Part shown: positions 1-8,728 of the stretch, one piece after another | Numbering within the stretch: the first letter of the stretch is position 1 | Layout: every line of letters starts with the position of its first letter | Assembly (NCBI RefSeq): GCF_032084975.1 | Contig: NZ_DAMDLR010000003.1 | Location: forward strand, 7,453-71,452 | DNA from: Aeromicrobium sp. | GTDB taxonomy: Bacteria; Actinomycetota; Actinomycetes; Propionibacteriales; Nocardioidaceae | DNA: 64,000 nucleotides | Direction of reading: 5' to 3' | Position numbers and translations under genes: made by a program | Notes under the pieces: generated by a model | What the model was told of the DNA's origin: nothing | Seen by the model: only the letters and a program-made list of their open reading frames with translations | Database searches by the model: none

Positions 1-190
1 CGGTCCACGCGACGGTCGAGTAGTTCTCGACGCCGAGCTCGGCCTGGAACGTCGGCAGGGCGACGTTGACGACGGTGATGTCGAGGATCGACATGATCGA
101 CCCGAGCACGACGACGCCGGCGATCTTGAGGACCGCCGCATCGATCTTGTCGGGGTACTCCGGCACCTTGGCCGGCCCTGTGTCAGACAT
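1..190 (-). CDS. MFS (DHA2/EmrB-type) efflux transporter, N-terminal fragment; the rest lies off-window
   Basis: Reverse-strand ATG at 188-190. The translation MSDTGPAKVPEYPDKIDAAVLKIAGVVVLGSIMSILDITVVNVALPTFQAELG carries the TM1 LDxTVVNVALP signature of DHA2 pumps. The start overlaps the upstream MarR stop by 8 nt. Confidence 0.7.
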   Translation of the reverse strand, partial: MSDTGPAKVPEYPDKIDAAVLKIAGVVVLGSIMSILDITVVNVALPTFQAELGVENYSTVAWT

Positions 191-629
191 GCGGTTCTTC
201 CTTCGAGAGTGGCTTGAGGGCCTCGACGAGCGCGAGGCACTGTGCGGGGTCGAGGTCGTCGAGCAGCGTGCGCACGGCGTCCTCCTTGGACTTGAGGTGG
301 CTCTGCGCCAGGCTGCGACCTCGGTCGGTCACGGCGACGAGCTTGACCCGCCGGTCCTCGGGGTTCTCGGTGCGCACGAGGAGCTTCTTGCGCACCAGCT
401 GCTCGACGTTGCGGCCGGCGGAAGCCGCCGACAACCCCACCGAATCAGCCAGGTCGCCGATCGCGACCGGATCATCGTGGTGAGCGAGCGTGAAGACGAG
501 TCTGGCCTGCGTGAAGGACAGTTTCAGGCCGGCGACCGTCTCGAGCGACTCACCCTCGGCCGTCGTGAAGACCTGTCCGAGGAAGTCTCGGACGGCGGCG
601 AACGCGCAGGCGTGGGGGGAGTCGGTCAT
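183..629 (-). CDS. MarR family transcriptional regulator
   Basis: 148-aa ORF. It has a winged-HTH core (LSFTQARLVFTLAHHDDPVAIGDLADSVGLSAASAGRNVEQLVRKKLLVRTENPEDRRVKLVAVTDRGR) typical of MarR, and forms an operon with the MFS pump. Confidence 0.85.
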   Translation of the reverse strand: MTDSPHACAFAAVRDFLGQVFTTAEGESLETVAGLKLSFTQARLVFTLAHHDDPVAIGDLADSVGLSAASAGRNVEQLVRKKLLVRTENPEDRRVKLVAVTDRGRSLAQSHLKSKEDAVRTLLDDLDPAQCLALVEALKPLSKEEPHV

Positions 630-730
630 GGCCCGAGAATACTAACCCCCATGCAACTATTGCGGTGACGTGACCTTCGTTACGGCCTGAGTGGACGGGG
701 AAGTTTCGAACCTGCCGTAGGATTGCGCGA

Positions 731-2608
731 GTGCCTACACGCTCTGATCTGCGCAATGTCGCCATCGTCGCCCACGTCGACCACGGCAAGACCACTCTCG
801 TCGACGCGATGCTCCAGCAGCAGGGCGCCTACTCAGACCACCAGGAAGTGACCGAACGGGTCATGGACTCAGGTGATCTCGAGCGCGAGAAGGGCATCAC
901 GATCCTCGCGAAGAACACCGCGGTCAAGTACTACGGACCCGGCACCGAGGAGATCCCCGGCAAGGTCGTCACGATCAACATCATCGACACCCCCGGCCAC
1001 GCCGACTTCGGTGGCGAGGTCGAGCGAGGCCTGTCGATGGTCGACGCCGTCGTCCTGCTGGTCGATGCCTCCGAGGGCCCGCTGCCGCAGACGCGCTTCG
1101 TGCTCCGCAAGGCCCTGATGGCCAAGATGCCCGTCATCCTCGTGGTCAACAAGGTCGACCGCCCCGACGCCCGCATCGCCGAGGTCGTCGACGAGACGTA
1201 CGACCTCTTCATGGACCTGCTCCCCGAGGACGCCGCCGACGACGCGCTCGACTTCCCCGTCGTCTACGCCTCCGGCAAGGCCGGCATCGCCTCGCTGGAG
1301 AAGCCCGAGGACGGCACGCTCCCCGCGGGCGACAACCTGATCCCGCTGTTCCAGACGATCATGGAGCACGTCCCGGCCCCCGAGTACACCGAGGGCGCGC
1401 CGCTGCAGGCGCACGTCACGAACCTCGACTCCTCCCCGTTCCTGGGTCGCCTCGCGCTCGTGCGCGTCGAGGAGGGCCAGCTCAACAAGGGCCAGCAGGT
1501 CGCATGGATGAAGCGTGACGGCTCCGTCGAGCGCGTCAAGATCACCGAGCTGCTGATCACCGAGGCCCTCGACCGCTTGCCCGGCGAGTCGGCCGGTCCC
1601 GGCGACATCGTCGCCATCGCCGGCATCAGCGAGATCAACATCGGCGAGACCCTCGCCGACCCCGAGAACCCGGTCGCGCTGCCGCTCATCCACGTCGACG
1701 AGCCCGCGATCTCGATGACGATCGGCACCAACACGTCGCCGCTGGCCGGTCGCGAGAAGGGCACCAAGGTCACCGCCCGCCTCGTCAAGGACCGCCTCGA
1801 CGCCGAGCTCATCGGCAACGTCTCGATCCGCGTCCTGCCCACCGAGCGTCCCGACGCGTGGGAGGTCCAGGGCCGTGGCGAGCTGGCGCTGGCCATCCTC
1901 GTCGAGCAGATGCGCCGCGAGGGCTACGAGCTGACCGTCGGCAAGCCCCAGGTCGTCACGCGCGAGATCGACGGCAAGCTGCACGAGCCCGTCGAGCGCC
2001 TCACGATCGACGCGCCCGAGGAGTACCTCGGCACGATCACCCAGCTGCTCGCCGTCCGCAAGGGCCGCATGGAGCAGATGGTCAACCACGGCACCGGCTG
2101 GGTCCGCATGGAGTTCCTGGTCCCCGCTCGTGGCCTGATCGGCTTCCGCACCGAGTTCCTCACCGACACCCGCGGCACCGGCATCGCGCACCACATCTCC
2201 GAGGGCTACGAGCCCTGGTTCGGCGAGATCTCGACGCGTCCCTCGGGCTCGCTCGTGGCCGACCGCGCCGGCGCCGTCACGTCGTTCGCGATGACCAACC
2301 TGCAGGAGCGCGGCACACTGTTCGTCGAGCCCGCCACCGAGGTCTACGAGGGCATGATCGTCGGCGAGAACTCCCGTGATGACGACATGGACGTCAACAT
2401 CACCAAGGAGAAGAAGCAGACCAACATCCGCTCGGCGACGTCGGACAACTTCGAGAAGGTCATCCCGCCGAAGAAGCTGTCGCTCGAGCAGTGCCTCGAG
2501 TTCTGCCGCGAGGACGAGTGCGTCGAGGTCACGCCGAACAACGTGCGCATCCGCAAGGTGGTGCTGGACGCCGGCGAGCGCTCGCGCACCGCGCGCAAGC
2601 GCAAGTGA
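731..2608 (+). CDS. typA: Translational GTPase TypA/BipA
   Basis: 625 aa, GTG start. It has G1 [14 protein letters not shown] and NKVD motifs and full-length EF-G-like architecture ending in the BipA C-terminal domain. Confidence 0.95.
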   Translation: MPTRSDLRNVAIVAHVDHGKTTLVDAMLQQQGAYSDHQEVTERVMDSGDLEREKGITILAKNTAVKYYGPGTEEIPGKVVTINIIDTPGHADFGGEVERGLSMVDAVVLLVDASEGPLPQTRFVLRKALMAKMPVILVVNKVDRPDARIAEVVDETYDLFMDLLPEDAADDALDFPVVYASGKAGIASLEKPEDGTLPAGDNLIPLFQTIMEHVPAPEYTEGAPLQAHVTNLDSSPFLGRLALVRVEEGQLNKGQQVAWMKRDGSVERVKITELLITEALDRLPGESAGPGDIVAIAGISEINIGETLADPENPVALPLIHVDEPAISMTIGTNTSPLAGREKGTKVTARLVKDRLDAELIGNVSIRVLPTERPDAWEVQGRGELALAILVEQMRREGYELTVGKPQVVTREIDGKLHEPVERLTIDAPEEYLGTITQLLAVRKGRMEQMVNHGTGWVRMEFLVPARGLIGFRTEFLTDTRGTGIAHHISEGYEPWFGEISTRPSGSLVADRAGAVTSFAMTNLQERGTLFVEPATEVYEGMIVGENSRDDDMDVNITKEKKQTNIRSATSDNFEKVIPPKKLSLEQCLEFCREDECVEVTPNNVRIRKVVLDAGERSRTARKRK

Positions 2609-2627
2609 CCCGCGACTGAGACATCCA

Positions 2628-2659
2628 GAACGGCCCCCGGCTCCTGCCGGGGGCCGTTC
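2628..2659 (+). terminator. Hairpin terminator after typA
   Basis: Perfect 13-bp stem GAACGGCCCCCGG / CCGGGGGCCGTTC with a 6-nt loop, 20 nt after the typA stop and followed by a T-containing tail (TGCTGTGCTGT). Confidence 0.7.
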
Positions 2660-2680
2660 TGCTGTGCTGTGCGTCTTGCG

Positions 2681-2703
2681 CATAGTGTGCGTCACACACT
2701 ATG
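2681..2703. promoter_or_regulatory. Candidate PadR operator (perfect 9-bp inverted repeat)
   Basis: CATAGTGTG-cgtca-CACACTATG lies 10 nt upstream of the PadR ATG (2713). A further GTGTGACAC palindrome is at 2704-2712. Confidence 0.5.
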
Positions 2704-2712
2704 GTGTGACAC

Positions 2713-3048
2713 ATGGACGACCTCACCCAGCAGCACCTGCAGGAGCTGCGTCGCGGCACCGTCGTGCTGGCCTCGCTGCTGACACTGCGCGAGCCCGGCT
2801 ACGGGTACGGGCTGCTCGAGTCCCTCGAGGGGATCGGCATCTCGGTCGACGGCAACACGCTCTACCCGCTGTTGCGGCGCCTCGAGAAGCAGGGACTGCT
2901 CACCAGCGAGTGGAACACCGACGAGGCGCGGCCCCGGAAGTTCTACCGCACCAGCGCCGAGGGTGACCGGCTCGCCGAGGCGCTGCTGACCGACTGGCAC
3001 CAGATCGACACCGCCCTGGGGCGGCTGACCGACGGAGGAACGCGATGA
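2713..3048 (+). CDS. PadR family transcriptional regulator
   Basis: 111 aa. The core GYGYGLLESLEG...GNTLYPLLRRLEKQGLLTSEW...RKFYRTSAEG is the classic PadR winged helix. Confidence 0.9.
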   Translation: MDDLTQQHLQELRRGTVVLASLLTLREPGYGYGLLESLEGIGISVDGNTLYPLLRRLEKQGLLTSEWNTDEARPRKFYRTSAEGDRLAEALLTDWHQIDTALGRLTDGGTR

Positions 3049-3965
3049 CCACCACCTTGACGGACCGTTACGTGCACGCGGCCACCCGCTGGCTGCCCAC
3101 TCGCCTGCGCACCGAGGTCGACGCCGAGCTGCGGGAGCGGATCGCCGACACCGTCGCGGCGCGCGGCGCCACGGACGAGGCCGAGCGGGCGACGCTCGAG
3201 GAGCTGGGAGACCCGTTGCGGGTGGCCGTCGACTACACGGGACGACAGCCCGCCCTGATCGGGCCGCGACTGTTCTTCCCATGGCTGCGGCTCACGATCC
3301 TGCTCGTCGCGATCGTCGTGCCGATCGTCGCCGCGGTCGTGGTGATCGTGGGCGCGTTCGACGGCGACTCGATCGGATCGATCGTCGGAGCCGGCTTCGG
3401 CACCGCGTTCGACGTGACCGTCCACGTCATCTTCTGGACGACACTCGTGTTCGCCGTGCTCGACTGGACCAACACCCCGGCCGGGCCCGAGACGTGGTCG
3501 CTCGACCGGTTGCCCGAGCCGCAGTCCACCACGAGTCTCTCCGACCTCATCGCGAGCCTCATCTTCCTGCCGGTCTTCGCCGCCCTGATCATCTGGCAGC
3601 ACGTCGGCTCGCCGTTCGCCGAGGGTGGCGAGGCGATCCCGATGGCCGATCCGGCGCTCTGGTCCTGGTACCTGCCGCTGGTGCTGGTGGTCCTGGCCCT
3701 GGAGCTCGGGCACGCCCTCTGGCTGTACCGGACGGGCTGGACGATGGCCACGGCGTGGGCGAACGTCGGCCTCGGCCTGCTGTTCGCCGTCCCGACGGTC
3801 GCGCTGCTGCTCGACGACGCACTGCTCAACCCCGACCTGGTCGCCCACCTGTCGTGGGACCCGGAGGTCGTGACCAACGCGATGACCGGCATCGCGGCCG
3901 CCGTGGTGCTGGTCAGCGCCTGGGAGATCTTCGACGGGTTCCGCCGGGCGCGTCGCCGCGGCTGA
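3045..3965 (+). CDS. PadR-associated membrane protein (HAAS/DUF1700-like N-domain plus multi-TM region)
   Basis: 306 aa, and the start overlaps the PadR stop (ATGA). The N-terminus LTDRYVHAATRWLPTRLRTEVDAELRERIAD...LEELGDPLRVAVDY resembles the helical domain found beside PadR genes. Several hydrophobic helices follow. Confidence 0.65.
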   Translation: MTTTLTDRYVHAATRWLPTRLRTEVDAELRERIADTVAARGATDEAERATLEELGDPLRVAVDYTGRQPALIGPRLFFPWLRLTILLVAIVVPIVAAVVVIVGAFDGDSIGSIVGAGFGTAFDVTVHVIFWTTLVFAVLDWTNTPAGPETWSLDRLPEPQSTTSLSDLIASLIFLPVFAALIIWQHVGSPFAEGGEAIPMADPALWSWYLPLVLVVLALELGHALWLYRTGWTMATAWANVGLGLLFAVPTVALLLDDALLNPDLVAHLSWDPEVVTNAMTGIAAAVVLVSAWEIFDGFRRARRRG

Positions 3966-3971
3966 GCCGGT

Positions 3972-4223
3972 TCAGTACCCGGAGCCGCGCGTCTGGGCCA
4001 GGTAGACGAGCGCCCCGAGGGTGCCCAGCAGCGGGAGGATCCCCAAGGGGTTGCGCCAGACGATGTCCACGAAGACCGCCAGCGGCAGGATGATGAGCCA
4101 CACGCGCTTGGGCAGCGTGCCCGCCATCTCGAAGTCGTAGGGCTTGCGCCGCACACAATCGACCAACGCGAAGACCTTGGTGCAGATGAGGATCCACCAG
4201 ATCACGTCGGTCACGAAAAACAT
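3972..4223 (-). CDS. DUF2516-like small membrane protein
   Basis: 83 aa with two or three hydrophobic helices. Its position next to an hbhA-like gene matches Rv0476. Confidence 0.6.
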   Translation of the reverse strand: MFFVTDVIWWILICTKVFALVDCVRRKPYDFEMAGTLPKRVWLIILPLAVFVDIVWRNPLGILPLLGTLGALVYLAQTRGSGY

Positions 4224-4289
4224 GAGACGAAGACTACGGTGGGCACCCTCCCGAGAGGGTGCCCACCGTGAATTTCGTGCTCGCGTGGC

Positions 4290-5141
4290 TCAGGAAGCCG
4301 ACGCCGAGCCGGACTTCGTGGTCGCCGCCTTCTTCGCGGGAGCCTTCTTGGCGGCCGGCTTCTTGGCGGCCGACGTCGTCGTCTTCTTCGTCGCGGTGGA
4401 CGCGGACTTGGTGGCCGGCGCCTTCTTCGCGGCGGACGTGTTCGGCTTGGCGGCCGGGGCCTTCTTGGCCGCGGTGGCCTTGGTGGCGGAGGCCTTCTTC
4501 GCGGCGGGCGCCTTCTTCGCGGTCGGCTTCGTGGTGCTGGGCTTCGCCGCACCCGAGGCCTTCTTCGCGGCCGGAGCCTTCTTCGTGGTGCTCGAGGTCG
4601 ACGCCGGGCTCTTCTTCGCCGGAGCGGTCGCACGGCGGATGCGGGCGGAGCCGGCGAACGACGCGGCGGCTGCGGTCGCGCCACCGGTGGCGTCCTCGAC
4701 GACCTCGGCGGCCTTGCCGGTCAGGTCCTCCGCCTTGGCCGTGAGCTCCTCGAGGATCTCCTCGGCCTTGTCCTTCAGGTCGTCGACCAGGTCGTCGGCC
4801 TTCTCGCGGAAGTCGTCGACGGCGTCCTTGAGGTCGTCGACCTTGACGTCCGCGGCCTTGCCGCGCAGCTCGGTCACGATGGTCTCGGCGCGCGCGGCGA
4901 GGTCCTCGGCGGCGGACTTCACGTCGTCCACGGTCAGGCCCTTCGCGAGGTTGACCAGGTCGTCGCTCTTCTTCACGAGGTCGGAGTAGGCGGCCGTCGC
5001 GGAGCCGAGTGCGGTCTGCGCGAGCGCCTCGGCCTTCTTCTGCAGGCCGGCGACGTCGAAGCCCTTGACCGAGGTCGGCAGGGCACGGATGTCGTCCAGG
5101 ACGGACTTGATCTGGGCGTTGATGGTGTCGGTGATGCTCAT
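4290..5141 (-). CDS. HbhA-like protein: coiled-coil N-domain plus a long Ala/Lys/Pro-rich basic tail
   Basis: 283 aa. The N-terminal ~165 aa are acidic heptad-like helices (DDLVDDLKDKAEEILEELTAKAEDL). The C-terminal ~110 aa are KKAPAAKKAS-type repeats, as in mycobacterial heparin-binding haemagglutinin and histone-like tails. Confidence 0.7.
   Translation of the reverse strand: MSITDTINAQIKSVLDDIRALPTSVKGFDVAGLQKKAEALAQTALGSATAAYSDLVKKSDDLVNLAKGLTVDDVKSAAEDLAARAETIVTELRGKAADVKVDDLKDAVDDFREKADDLVDDLKDKAEEILEELTAKAEDLTGKAAEVVEDATGGATAAAASFAGSARIRRATAPAKKSPASTSSTTKKAPAAKKASGAAKPSTTKPTAKKAPAAKKASATKATAAKKAPAAKPNTSAAKKAPATKSASTATKKTTTSAAKKPAAKKAPAKKAATTKSGSASAS
4293..4631 (-). repeat. Low-complexity coding repeat (Ala/Lys/Pro/Thr tail of the HbhA-like gene)
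   Basis: Reiterated GCCTTCTTCGCGGC/GGCCTTCTTGGC units on the + strand encode KKAPAAKKA-like repeats on the - strand. Confidence 0.8.
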
Positions 5142-5533
5142 GTGTTCTCCTCGAGGTCTGCGGTTCCGACGAACGAGCGATAGATGTCTCGCAAGGCGGT
5201 CTTCTGGCGGGCGGTCAATCGCGGGTCACGGTCGATCGCGTCCTCGACCGAGCTCGGCCCGGCCTGCTCGGCATCCAGGAATCCCGCGCGGACGTACAAC
5301 GACTCGGCCGAGATCCTCAGTGCCTTCGCGATCTGCTGCAGCACCTCGGCGGACGGCTTGCGCAGTCCTCGCTCGATCTGGCTGAGGTACGGATTCGAGA
5401 CGTCCGCCAACTCGGCCAGCTGTCGCAAGGACATCTGCGCCTGGGTGCGCTGGTCGCGGAGGTACTCGCCGAGCGACCCGACGGCCGAACCGACCGCGGA
5501 CCCGACGGCCTCCTGCACGTTCAGCTTCCCCAT
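5138..5533 (-). CDS. XRE-family helix-turn-helix transcriptional regulator
   Basis: HTH_3 core MSLRQLAELADVSNPYLSQIERGLRKPSAEVLQQIAKAL. The start is taken as the ATG at 5533 (MGKLNV); an upstream in-frame ATG at 5572 is possible. The stop overlaps the hbhA-like start. Confidence 0.8.
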   Translation of the reverse strand: MGKLNVQEAVGSAVGSAVGSLGEYLRDQRTQAQMSLRQLAELADVSNPYLSQIERGLRKPSAEVLQQIAKALRISAESLYVRAGFLDAEQAGPSSVEDAIDRDPRLTARQKTALRDIYRSFVGTADLEENT

Positions 5534-5661
5534 GACTCCATGGTGCTTGCAAAAGTTAGCGATTGCAAGCAACTGTGATGCACGGGACAGATGAGCCGAC
5601 GCGCGACGATCGCACGTTTTCCGGAACCGGGGTCCGTGCGGTTAGCCTGAGGGCTGCCGAA

Positions 5662-7167
5662 ATGTGCTCTCGGGTGGCGCAGTTCCCTTCCCTCGCCCGC
5701 TCCATGCTCCGTCGTTGCCTCCTGGCCATCGCCCTCACCGGGTCCCTGATGCTGGCCCCCTCCATGACACCCGACGCCGAAGCGGCGCCCAAGAAGCCGG
5801 CGAAGGCCACGAAGGTGCGGGCGAAGACCACCACCTCGACGCTGACGATCCGGTGGAAGCGGCCCAAGCGCGCGACGAAGGTGTCCGTCTGCGTCAAGAC
5901 CGCGCCGCGCAAGAAGAAGTGCGTCCGGTACACCCGCACCCGCAAGACCTCCGTCACATTCCGCAAGCTGCGGCCCAACTCGGGCACCGACTTCTACTAC
6001 CAGGTGCGGTCCCATCGAGGGAAGCGCACGGCCGTGACGAAGTGGCGCAAGGCCAACCTCCGCGTCGGCAAGGGCCCGGCCAACGTCGCGGCGATCCGCC
6101 CGTCCGCCAGCCTGCTCTACACGTGGCGCAAGGCGACCAACGCGTCCAGCTACCAGCTGCAGGTGTCGCCCAGCCGCTCGTTCCGTGGCGGCGTCCGCAC
6201 CGAGAACCGTCGCGCTCCCAGCGCGAAGGTCACGGGCCTGAACGGCGGCATGGCCTACTTCGCGCGCGTGCGCGGCGTCAACGGCGCCGCCAAGGGCCCG
6301 TGGGGCCCGGTCTCGCGGATCAAGCTGGTGACCGCCCCGGCCAGGGCGTCGATCGCGACCTACAACCTGTGCGGCGAGAACAAGTGCCGCACGTCCGAGA
6401 GCGGTACGTGGTTCCTTACCAACGTCCCCAAGTGGGCCGTCCGCAAGCCCTTGGCCGGCGCCCTGATCCGCTCGGCCCAGCCCGACATCATCGCCGCGCA
6501 GGAGGCCGCCACCTCGACGGCGTTCCACACCGTCCTGCCCGGGTTCTCCCGTTCGTCCTACAAGGCGGCCCGTTCCATCTACTACAAGCCGTCGCGCTTC
6601 ACCGTCCTCGACGGTGGCTGGATGACGCTGGACGACCGCAACAAGCGCTTCGCCACGTGGAACCTGTTCCGGGACCGCTCCACCGGGACGGCCTTCTACG
6701 TCGCGAACGCGCACCTCGAGCCCTACAAGGGCGCGAAGCTCGACGCGATGCGGAACAAGCAGACGCTGCGCCTGATCCGGCGCATCCAGGCCATGAACGC
6801 GCACAACCTGCCGGTGGTCTGGGCGGGCGACTGGAACTCGAACGACTCCAACGCGAACCAGTCCGCCTATCCGGGCGGCTTCGACGCCCCGAAGCGCCGC
6901 TTCGCCGCGATCGACGTGGTGAACTCGGTCGAGCAGACCCCCAACCTGGTCAACGCCGAGCTCAACAGCGCCAACGCCGGCATCAAGACGCCCCGCGCGA
7001 GCGGTGACCACGTGGACGCGATCTACGTGCCGCGCCGTGGTGTGACGGTCGAGTCGTGGCTCATGCCGGCGAACTTCCTCGACACGGACGAGGGCCGCAT
7101 GTACGCCACTCCGTTCCCCTCGGATCACAACCCGATCGTGGCGAGACTGCTGATCGCCACCGGCTAG
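5662..7167 (+). CDS. Secreted FN3-domain + endonuclease/exonuclease/phosphatase (EEP) family protein, paralogue 1
   Basis: It has a signal-like MLRRCLLAIALTGSLMLAPSMTPDAEA and two FN3-like modules; the first is extremely basic (KKPAKATKVRAKTTTSTLTIRWKRPKRATK...). EEP motifs follow: YNLCG, AAQE, GDWNSN, GDHVD, SDHNP. Start is ambiguous (5563, 5662 or 5704). Confidence 0.8.
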   Translation: MCSRVAQFPSLARSMLRRCLLAIALTGSLMLAPSMTPDAEAAPKKPAKATKVRAKTTTSTLTIRWKRPKRATKVSVCVKTAPRKKKCVRYTRTRKTSVTFRKLRPNSGTDFYYQVRSHRGKRTAVTKWRKANLRVGKGPANVAAIRPSASLLYTWRKATNASSYQLQVSPSRSFRGGVRTENRRAPSAKVTGLNGGMAYFARVRGVNGAAKGPWGPVSRIKLVTAPARASIATYNLCGENKCRTSESGTWFLTNVPKWAVRKPLAGALIRSAQPDIIAAQEAATSTAFHTVLPGFSRSSYKAARSIYYKPSRFTVLDGGWMTLDDRNKRFATWNLFRDRSTGTAFYVANAHLEPYKGAKLDAMRNKQTLRLIRRIQAMNAHNLPVVWAGDWNSNDSNANQSAYPGGFDAPKRRFAAIDVVNSVEQTPNLVNAELNSANAGIKTPRASGDHVDAIYVPRRGVTVESWLMPANFLDTDEGRMYATPFPSDHNPIVARLLIATG

Positions 7168-7176
7168 GATGCACCC

Positions 7177-8682
7177 GTGTCCGGTCTGCCCCGATTCTTG
7201 GCCCTGGTCGGGGCGGGACTTGCGCTGACCGTGACCGCCGGTGTCCTGGCCGCGACGACCGACTCCGAGGGCAACGGCCCCGTCCTGGCCTTCGCCGGCA
7301 TCGAGACCCCGTACCTGAAGCTCGTCTCGGTGGACGTCGAGCCTCGCCAGGTCTCGCTGGCCTGGGCGGGCAACGGCGAGCAGTACCGCGTCAGCCTCGG
7401 CGACGACCTCGCTCGCCCCGACCGCACCATCGTCACGACCGAGCCGCACGTGATCCTGCCGGCCCCGGACGCGGCCGACCCCCAGGGCAAGGTCAACTAC
7501 CGCGTCGAGGAGGTCACCGACGACGCGCGCGGCCTGGCGCTCGAGGGCACCGTCACCCTGCTGCCCTCCGTCCCCCGCAAGCCGCGGGTCCGGCGCACGG
7601 CACCCGAGGGCGCCGTCGTGCGCTGGAAGCCGGCCGACTACGCCACGACGTACGACGTCGCGGTGTCGCGCTCGCGCAAGAAGCTGCCCAGCAAGGTCAA
7701 GCGGCTGGCGCGTGGCGGCACCGCCTTCGCCACGGACGCGCTCGAGCCCGAGACGACCTACTGGGTGCGGGTGCGCGCCGTCGGCGAGGCCGGCGTCAGC
7801 GACTTCGGCCCGGCCACCAAGGTGATCACCCCGCCCGACACGTCCGAGTTCACCGTCGGGTCGTGGAACATCTGCTCCGAGGCGTGCCCGGACTACGGCG
7901 GCCGCGTCGGCGGCCAGGCCTCGCAGGTGCACGCCGCCGAGATCGACATCATGACCCTGCAGGAGGCCGGCGGCGAACGCGTCGGCCCCACGACGCGCGC
8001 CGCGTTCAGCGGTGGTCCGCGCGGGCTCGTCCCGGCCGACGGTGGCGGCAACTCGCGCTACATCCTGTACTCCGCCGACAAGTTCGAGCAGCTCGGCGGC
8101 GGCCGCTGGTCGCTGGGTCACGGGCGCTGGGCCACGTGGGCCCGGTTCGAGGACCTCAAGACGGAGCGGCCGTTCATCGTCGTGAGCGTGCACCTGCTCA
8201 GCGGCCACGGCAAGACCGGCGAGCGGGCCTCCGAGATGCGCTCGCTGATGGGGTCGTTGGCGTCGGTCAACCCCGACGGCGACCCCGTCGTCCTGGCCGG
8301 CGACTTCAACTCGGGCACCCACCGCAGCGGCGACACCGTCGGGCCGGTCGTGCGATCGGCACAGTTCCGCGACACCGTCGAGATCGCCGAGGAGACCGAG
8401 AACGCCCAGGTCAACACCGGCAGCCGTCGCGGCGACACGGCGATCATGTCGGCCGACCACGTCGACCACATCTACGTCTCGCCCGACTGGGAGGTTCCGG
8501 CCTGGAAGCAGTGGGCCAGCCTCTCGGGCACGACCTACGTGGGGACCTGGCTGTCCGACCACAACATGATCGGCGCGACCCTCGGACTCGAGCGCGACCC
8601 CGAGGATGCCGTCGAACGGCCCAGTCAGGTCGTGCGGGTCCCCGCGGACCTCCACGAGGGCTCCCCGGGCACGGTCAACTGA
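7177..8682 (+). CDS. Secreted FN3 + EEP family protein, paralogue 2
   Basis: 501 aa, GTG start 9 nt after paralogue 1. It has a signal peptide MSGLPRFLALVGAGLALTVTAGVLA and an FN3 module (TYWVRVRAVGEAGVSDFGP). EEP motifs are SWNICSE, LQE, GDFNSG, ADHVDHIY, SDHNM. Confidence 0.8.
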   Translation: MSGLPRFLALVGAGLALTVTAGVLAATTDSEGNGPVLAFAGIETPYLKLVSVDVEPRQVSLAWAGNGEQYRVSLGDDLARPDRTIVTTEPHVILPAPDAADPQGKVNYRVEEVTDDARGLALEGTVTLLPSVPRKPRVRRTAPEGAVVRWKPADYATTYDVAVSRSRKKLPSKVKRLARGGTAFATDALEPETTYWVRVRAVGEAGVSDFGPATKVITPPDTSEFTVGSWNICSEACPDYGGRVGGQASQVHAAEIDIMTLQEAGGERVGPTTRAAFSGGPRGLVPADGGGNSRYILYSADKFEQLGGGRWSLGHGRWATWARFEDLKTERPFIVVSVHLLSGHGKTGERASEMRSLMGSLASVNPDGDPVVLAGDFNSGTHRSGDTVGPVVRSAQFRDTVEIAEETENAQVNTGSRRGDTAIMSADHVDHIYVSPDWEVPAWKQWASLSGTTYVGTWLSDHNMIGATLGLERDPEDAVERPSQVVRVPADLHEGSPGTVN

Positions 8683-8728
8683 CCTCCGCTGCGCGTCCGG
8701 CCCGCGAAACCGGCGACGCCTGTGACGC

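Noticed and set aside
4293-4631. Short periodic repeats that might be mistaken for a CRISPR or VNTR array.
   Set aside because: The units are imperfect, contiguous (no spacers) and in-frame within the HbhA-like gene. They encode the Ala/Lys/Pro tail. This is coding low complexity, not a CRISPR array.
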